DNA of 64,000 bases from a virus (taxonomy: Duplodnaviria > Caudoviricetes): positions 32,001-96,000 of the IMG/VR virus record IMGVR_UViG_3300037400_006004. One strand, given 5' to 3'. Below the pieces are notes generated by a model. That model searched no databases. It saw only the letters and a program-made list of their open reading frames with translations, and was not told where the DNA came from. Shown one piece after another: positions 59,081 to 64,000 of this stretch (the stretch's first letter is position 1; each line of letters opens with the position of its first letter). A program made the position numbers and the translations under genes.

Positions 59081-59166
59081 AAAAATATTACCTCCTTATT
59101 TTCAATCACCATAATAATATATATTTAAAACAACCAATTAATATTTTATAGAAAGGAGCAATCAAT

Positions 59167-60066
59167 ATGTCTGTTAAAAGTTATCCTTATAATGATAAGA
59201 CACAACTAACAAAAAATTTTAACATTTCTGAATTCAAATGTAAATGTGGAAGAAACCATAACATTTTGAATTCTACCGAGGAAGTTAATATGCTACAGAA
59301 AATAACTGACTTGGTTGGAGCGGATTACGTAACAATTTCTTCAGGTTATCGTTGTGCTGCACACGATAGATCTGTAGGTGGTTCTGGTTCTGGACCTCAC
59401 ACTGGTGGTTTCGCAGCAGACTGTAGGTTTGTAAAGAATGGTAAAGCAATTAGCACAAAACTTCTTTCTTGTGTTGCACAAGATTTAGGTTTTATGGGTA
59501 TTGCTAATATCACTTCTAATTACGAATGGATCCATTTAGACATGAAAGGCAGAGTCTATAAAGGAAATGAAATTGTAAGTTATAATACAGTTACTAATGA
59601 CTTCTATAGATATTACGGAATTACTAAAGAGCAAGTGTTAGAATTAACTAAAGGTAAAGAAACTGGTAATAATAATACTTCTTCAACTTCTAATACAACT
59701 AAAATTAATAACAAAGATAAGTCTACTAAGAAAGTTGTATGGTCTAATAAGTTTGATGCTAAGATTAGAGAAGTTCAAAGAATCTTTAATCAAAAAGGTT
59801 ATCAATTAGTTGAAGATGGATATGCTGGTCCAAACACTTATGCTGTAGCAAAGAAATTTACAATTAATAAATATGATAATGGACCTTTAGTAAGATGGGT
59901 TCAAGAAAGACTTAACTCAATGGGTTATAACTGTGGTATTGCAGATGGTAGCTGTGGTGCAAACACTATGGCTGGAATTAATGCTTTCCAAAAAGCTTAT
60001 GGTTTAGGTCAAGGCTATTTAGGTGGAACTGATTGGGTTTACCTTTTTGGCGGAACTATTAACTAA
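59167..60066 (+). CDS. Peptidase M15 endolysin with peptidoglycan-binding domains
   Basis: NFNISEFKCKCG, SGYRC..H...VGG...H..G.AAD, WIHLD; DGYAGPNT and DGSCGANT...FQ PG-binding repeats; late promoter 59129..59140. Confidence 0.88.
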   Translation: MSVKSYPYNDKTQLTKNFNISEFKCKCGRNHNILNSTEEVNMLQKITDLVGADYVTISSGYRCAAHDRSVGGSGSGPHTGGFAADCRFVKNGKAISTKLLSCVAQDLGFMGIANITSNYEWIHLDMKGRVYKGNEIVSYNTVTNDFYRYYGITKEQVLELTKGKETGNNNTSSTSNTTKINNKDKSTKKVVWSNKFDAKIREVQRIFNQKGYQLVEDGYAGPNTYAVAKKFTINKYDNGPLVRWVQERLNSMGYNCGIADGSCGANTMAGINAFQKAYGLGQGYLGGTDWVYLFGGTIN

Positions 60067-60071
60067 AAAAA

Positions 60072-60104
60072 AAATCCCTTAAGACGTTATGTCTTAAGGG
60101 ATTT
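60072..60104. terminator. Bidirectional terminator
   Basis: aaatcccttaagac/gtcttaagggattt. Confidence 0.85.
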
Positions 60105-60177
60105 ATATTTAACAGTTAATCTGATATCTTGACTATCCAGATTTATTAGAGACAGTTTTATAAGAATTATTAACTCT

Positions 60178-60504
60178 TTAATATGTAAGCCATTCAGTAC
60201 GGCTTATCTGTGAAATATCAATATCTTTAAGATATGATGCATTAAGTCTTCTTCTCCTTCCAGACTTATAATAAGGATCGGAAGACTTAAAACGATAAAC
60301 TCTTTTAAGTCTATCATTAACACGATTAATAATATAACCATTTCTATAAGGAAACTCTTCATTAATCTGACGGTAATTTACCATAGCCTTCTTATTTGTT
60401 TTAAACTTCTGCTGCTTCTTTCTATGAATAAGATGCTTATTTGCATCACTTTTAAAACGGATTACATAAGAAAATCCCTTTGCATTGAAAACTACCTTAC
60501 TCAT
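60178..60504 (-). CDS. Basic hypothetical protein
   Basis: SD AGGAGGT. Confidence 0.7.
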   Translation of the reverse strand: MSKVVFNAKGFSYVIRFKSDANKHLIHRKKQQKFKTNKKAMVNYRQINEEFPYRNGYIINRVNDRLKRVYRFKSSDPYYKSGRRRRLNASYLKDIDISQISRTEWLTY

Positions 60505-60547
60505 AATAATTACCTCCTGATAAATAAAATCACTTTATAGTATATAT

Positions 60548-61894
60548 TCAAATCTGCATTACTATTTTGGCAATACTATTTGCAGTAAGTTTATACTTTT
60601 TATGAGCATCAATACCTTTTGCCATTTTTCTTCTATAGAAATATTCACAAACAGCTTGTGTAAGTAATACTAAAGCATGTTTCTTTTCAATATTTTCTTT
60701 ATAATAAATTCTAATAAATTTATTAGCAATAGAATTATAATTTGATTTAAGCATTGCTTTATAAAAATCAAAAAGTATTGGCTTTATCATCTGTTCAGTA
60801 TAAAAATTCTTTTCAAAGAAAATTTGTCTTATATTGGGATCGCTCATCATAATACTTGCTTCTAGATCATCTTTTTTAAACTGATTCAAAGTTTCATTAT
60901 TATTATAGATCATAATAATTTTAATGAATTTATTAATATAATAATCATCTATTCCAACGGAAGTGGGTCGTACATATTTTAGAAAATCTTTTAAAGTATT
61001 TAAATATTCATTAGCAATATGAATATTTTCTTTAATAGAATTATCTAGTTTAAACTGATGTTGATCTAAATAATTATATAAATGCTTACCTTTGTTAAGA
61101 TAATCTATCTGTTTTATAGTAGTTTCTATATTTAATGGAATAACTATAAATTGTTCTGATGATATATTTCTACTATAAATAGAAGTCATTGGTCTATCAA
61201 AATTAATTGAAGGGTATCCCATAACTGCTTTAATTAATTTCCATGAATAAGCATTATGATTATTAAAAATAATAAATATATTAGCCATATCTTTCATTTT
61301 ATTTTTTAATTGACTATTTTCAATCATAGAAATAACATGACCAGTTAAATTAATCTTTTTGTTTCCTTTAGTTGAATTATATTTCAATACATAATCACTA
61401 TGAACTTCATCTTCAAAATATTCTTTTATATCAAAGCTAAAAAGTTTATCTTTATATTCTGTTAGTTTTTGATCAAAAGATCTATATGTATCATTATTAA
61501 ATTTTTCAAAATTTTCTTTATCGAATGTAAATGGAATTAGTTCCATATTATTATTAACTAAATAGTGATTATGTTCATTGTCCATTATAAATAATATATA
61601 TGACATATAATATGTAGTAAATAAAACTTTTTGTTCATTATATTCTAAATTAATCATAGATAACTTACGATCATAATAGTTTGGAAGAGAATCTTTAAAT
61701 TCATCAAGAATTGACATGACTGCTGGTGGATTATTTCTTTCCCATACAAGATCATCAAGATCTTCATCTTTTTCAGATGGAAGTAAATCATTTCTATAAT
61801 AATAAGAAAAATCTACATCCGATAATTCGGCTAAGAAATTACCACTTTTAGGAATAGCATATTTACCATCTAAAATATATAAAAACTTAGACAT
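60548..61894 (-). CDS. Hypothetical protein
   Basis: 448-aa ORF, SD AAGGAGGT. Confidence 0.75.
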   Translation of the reverse strand: MSKFLYILDGKYAIPKSGNFLAELSDVDFSYYYRNDLLPSEKDEDLDDLVWERNNPPAVMSILDEFKDSLPNYYDRKLSMINLEYNEQKVLFTTYYMSYILFIMDNEHNHYLVNNNMELIPFTFDKENFEKFNNDTYRSFDQKLTEYKDKLFSFDIKEYFEDEVHSDYVLKYNSTKGNKKINLTGHVISMIENSQLKNKMKDMANIFIIFNNHNAYSWKLIKAVMGYPSINFDRPMTSIYSRNISSEQFIVIPLNIETTIKQIDYLNKGKHLYNYLDQHQFKLDNSIKENIHIANEYLNTLKDFLKYVRPTSVGIDDYYINKFIKIIMIYNNNETLNQFKKDDLEASIMMSDPNIRQIFFEKNFYTEQMIKPILFDFYKAMLKSNYNSIANKFIRIYYKENIEKKHALVLLTQAVCEYFYRRKMAKGIDAHKKYKLTANSIAKIVMQI

Positions 61895-61903
61895 AATACC
61901 TCC

Positions 61904-62812
61904 TTAAAAATTAAATACCATTTTAGTTAACTGTTTTTCAGTAATACTGAAAGTATTAATAACATTCTCTACAGTTATTTTATCTTCATTAATTAATTCA
62001 AAAACATGAGAAGTACATTCTCTCATAACCATATTTTTAAGCTTTCTACGGTTGATATCATATCTCTTACAAACATCAGGAATTGATTTACCTTCAAGTA
62101 GAATTTCATCAATCATGAGATTTCCTACAAATTGTAAAGGATATAAAAATACTGGATTTCTAAAGTCTCCTCTTATAGGATTTGCATTACTCAAATGCAT
62201 ATAATGAATTAATTCATTATAAGTATTTTTAGCATATGTATTCATATAATTAAGAAGCTTAAAATAAACCGATTTTGCAAATTCTTTATATACAATATTT
62301 ACATTTTTATTAAAGACATACTCAGTTAAAATATTAAAACATTTTTTAAGATAACCATTTTCAGAATATCTATTCCAATTATTAAAATCATAATGTCCAT
62401 TATTATAATAATAAATCTTAATACCAAATTCTTTAATTTGTTCTTTTGGTTCTCCTTTAAATAAAGTATCATAAGAAATATGATGTTGAAAGATTGGTCT
62501 TACAGCTATAAATAAATCTAAAAGATAACTAATATCTTGAATTGTAGATTTAATATTTTCTTCTTTTAAGAAAGTTCTATTATTAGTATTAAGAATTTTA
62601 AGAATATTTTTACCGTGTCTTTTATAGTATTGATAGTCTACAAAATTCATATAAGCTCTTCCAGAAGCAAAACCATAAATATCACCTTCTAAAAGTAATT
62701 TATAACTAACTACTCTATGATTGTATCTATTATCTGGATCAAAAGTGTAACCAAAACTACTGTTAGAACTTTTAATATTAGTTCTCTTTTTAAATAATGA
62801 ACTATAATCCAT
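61904..62812 (-). CDS. Hypothetical protein, possible C-terminal HTH
   Basis: GKSIPDVCKRYDINRRKLKNMV resembles a helix-turn-helix. Confidence 0.65.
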   Translation of the reverse strand: MDYSSLFKKRTNIKSSNSSFGYTFDPDNRYNHRVVSYKLLLEGDIYGFASGRAYMNFVDYQYYKRHGKNILKILNTNNRTFLKEENIKSTIQDISYLLDLFIAVRPIFQHHISYDTLFKGEPKEQIKEFGIKIYYYNNGHYDFNNWNRYSENGYLKKCFNILTEYVFNKNVNIVYKEFAKSVYFKLLNYMNTYAKNTYNELIHYMHLSNANPIRGDFRNPVFLYPLQFVGNLMIDEILLEGKSIPDVCKRYDINRRKLKNMVMRECTSHVFELINEDKITVENVINTFSITEKQLTKMVFNF

Positions 62813-62878
62813 GTGTTATCCTCCTTATTTTAAAAAAATATGGGAATGGATTAAAATCCATTCCCATAAATATAATTT

Positions 62879-63928
62879 TTATTTTTTATTTTTAGCGTCT
62901 TTCATACAAGTTATTAATGCAGGTTGTGTAATTTGTGCAAACATACCACTATCTTTGCTAAGTAATTTATTTTCAATATCTTCCTTGATTTTAGGATCTC
63001 TTAGATGTTCTGGAATTAAAATACTTAATACCATTGTTTTATTATTCTTTTTAAATGTAGATGGAAATGCTTTAGCTAATTTATTAATAGATCTAAATGT
63101 AATATCTGTTTTGAATATTTCATTTGTATAAGGTGTATATACATATACATCATAATAATTATAAAGCCAACCATTATCATCTATTTTTTTATATAATTTA
63201 AGTCCTACTCCATAATTACCTGATCTACGTCTCCAAGCAATACTAGAAATTAAATCAATATCATTTGAATTAATTTTTTCAATTAAATGGTTGCTTTTAT
63301 CTCTAGGTGTTCTTGGAATTATATTCTTTCTTTTTTTAGTTATTTTTCTCTTAGTTTTACCGTTATATCCACCTTTAGGAGTATTAGAAAAAGTAGTTTG
63401 CTCATCATCTTCTCCCATACTCTCAAAATCAATAGTTGAATTTGATGATTCAATATTTTCTTCATCAAATAAAGTTCTCTGAATTGAACCATCATCATAT
63501 ACTTCAGGAATTTCTTTTACTTTCTCATTCTTCTTTATCTTATTTGGAAATTGAGAAGGTAATTCTACTTTTTCTTTTGATTTTGTTATAGGACTAAGAC
63601 ATTTAACTACTGGGATCTTATAAATATTTACCTCTTTAAGATCATTGAAATTAATATTAATTTCTGCAATTAAAATAAAGATATCTTCATTATTAAATTC
63701 TTTAACAGAAATACCGTTTAATATAAAAGAGTATTCAAATACATTCGTTGAACCTTCAAATTGCATGTTCCAAACAGGAAAATCAAGATCTTTTCTTTCT
63801 TTCTTAATTAAATTAAGATCTTGTCCAGAAATAGGATTAGAAATTTGTATATAACTTGAATTTCCTAATTTGTTAAATTCGATTACATTATAAGTTGAAA
63901 ATCCTTTTCCAAGTCTGACATTTAGCAT
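62879..63928 (-). CDS. Hypothetical protein
   Basis: 349-aa ORF, SD GGAGGA; terminator 62839..62868. Confidence 0.7.
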   Translation of the reverse strand: MLNVRLGKGFSTYNVIEFNKLGNSSYIQISNPISGQDLNLIKKERKDLDFPVWNMQFEGSTNVFEYSFILNGISVKEFNNEDIFILIAEININFNDLKEVNIYKIPVVKCLSPITKSKEKVELPSQFPNKIKKNEKVKEIPEVYDDGSIQRTLFDEENIESSNSTIDFESMGEDDEQTTFSNTPKGGYNGKTKRKITKKRKNIIPRTPRDKSNHLIEKINSNDIDLISSIAWRRRSGNYGVGLKLYKKIDDNGWLYNYYDVYVYTPYTNEIFKTDITFRSINKLAKAFPSTFKKNNKTMVLSILIPEHLRDPKIKEDIENKLLSKDSGMFAQITQPALITCMKDAKNKK

Positions 63929-63931
63929 TTC

Positions 63932-64000
63932 TTATTCCTCCATTTTTCTTTTATACGCATTTGTGATATATCTATCAGAATCTGAAGATACTTTTAAGAA
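63932..64000 (-). CDS. 3' end of a gene truncated by the window edge
   Basis: Open frame FLKVSSDSDRYITNAYKRKMEE*. Confidence 0.5.
   Translation of the reverse strand, partial: FLKVSSDSDRYITNAYKRKMEE

Noticed and set aside
1-64000. Genome-wide TAG reassignment (genetic code 15)
   Set aside because: Very long late genes (sheath, wedge, terminase) are open in the standard code with no in-frame TAG; only the GH25 lysin shows one.
1-64000. tRNA or rRNA genes, phage nucleus shell or tubulin
   Set aside because: No cloverleaf, T-loop or recognisable motif found by eye; a tRNAscan/HMM run would be needed to exclude them fully.

Overview
Very AT-rich 64-kb segment of a jumbo myophage related to the AR9/PBS1/phiKZ group. 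The host is probably a Firmicute, judged from AGGAGG-type Shine-Dalgarno sites and GH25/CW_7 and M15 lysins. The window encodes split multisubunit RNA polymerase subunits (two beta halves and a small beta' C-terminal piece), half of a split family-B DNA polymerase, terminase large subunit, a portal interrupted by a group I intron with an EDxHD-type homing endonuclease, a giant tail sheath, tail tube, baseplate proteins, a GroEL-like chaperonin, HU, RusA, a holin and two lysins. Two phage promoter classes can be read directly. An early-type motif (about TAAATATATATTAT) precedes small accessory genes and the RNAP beta genes. A late-type AAC(A/T)-N6-TA motif, matching the AR9 non-virion RNAP consensus, precedes virion genes. 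Most notable observations: (1) a dispersed family of small late proteins that share an acidic F(M/L)EGYxD(A/G)...LxE leader fused to unrelated basic or membrane-active payloads, a candidate capsid-targeting cargo system; (2) a start-less -1 frame ORF after the tail/baseplate chaperone, with a perfect 11-bp long-range stem 5 nt after the slippery site; (3) a small early gene with a mutually exclusive SD-sequestering RNA switch and 5'-3' long-range pairing; (4) a GH25 lysin cut by the only primary TAG stop I found among credible genes, lying inside a CW_7 domain; (5) an orphan HicA-like gene and shuffled LRR genes. All protein calls come from motif recognition by eye; no searches were run.
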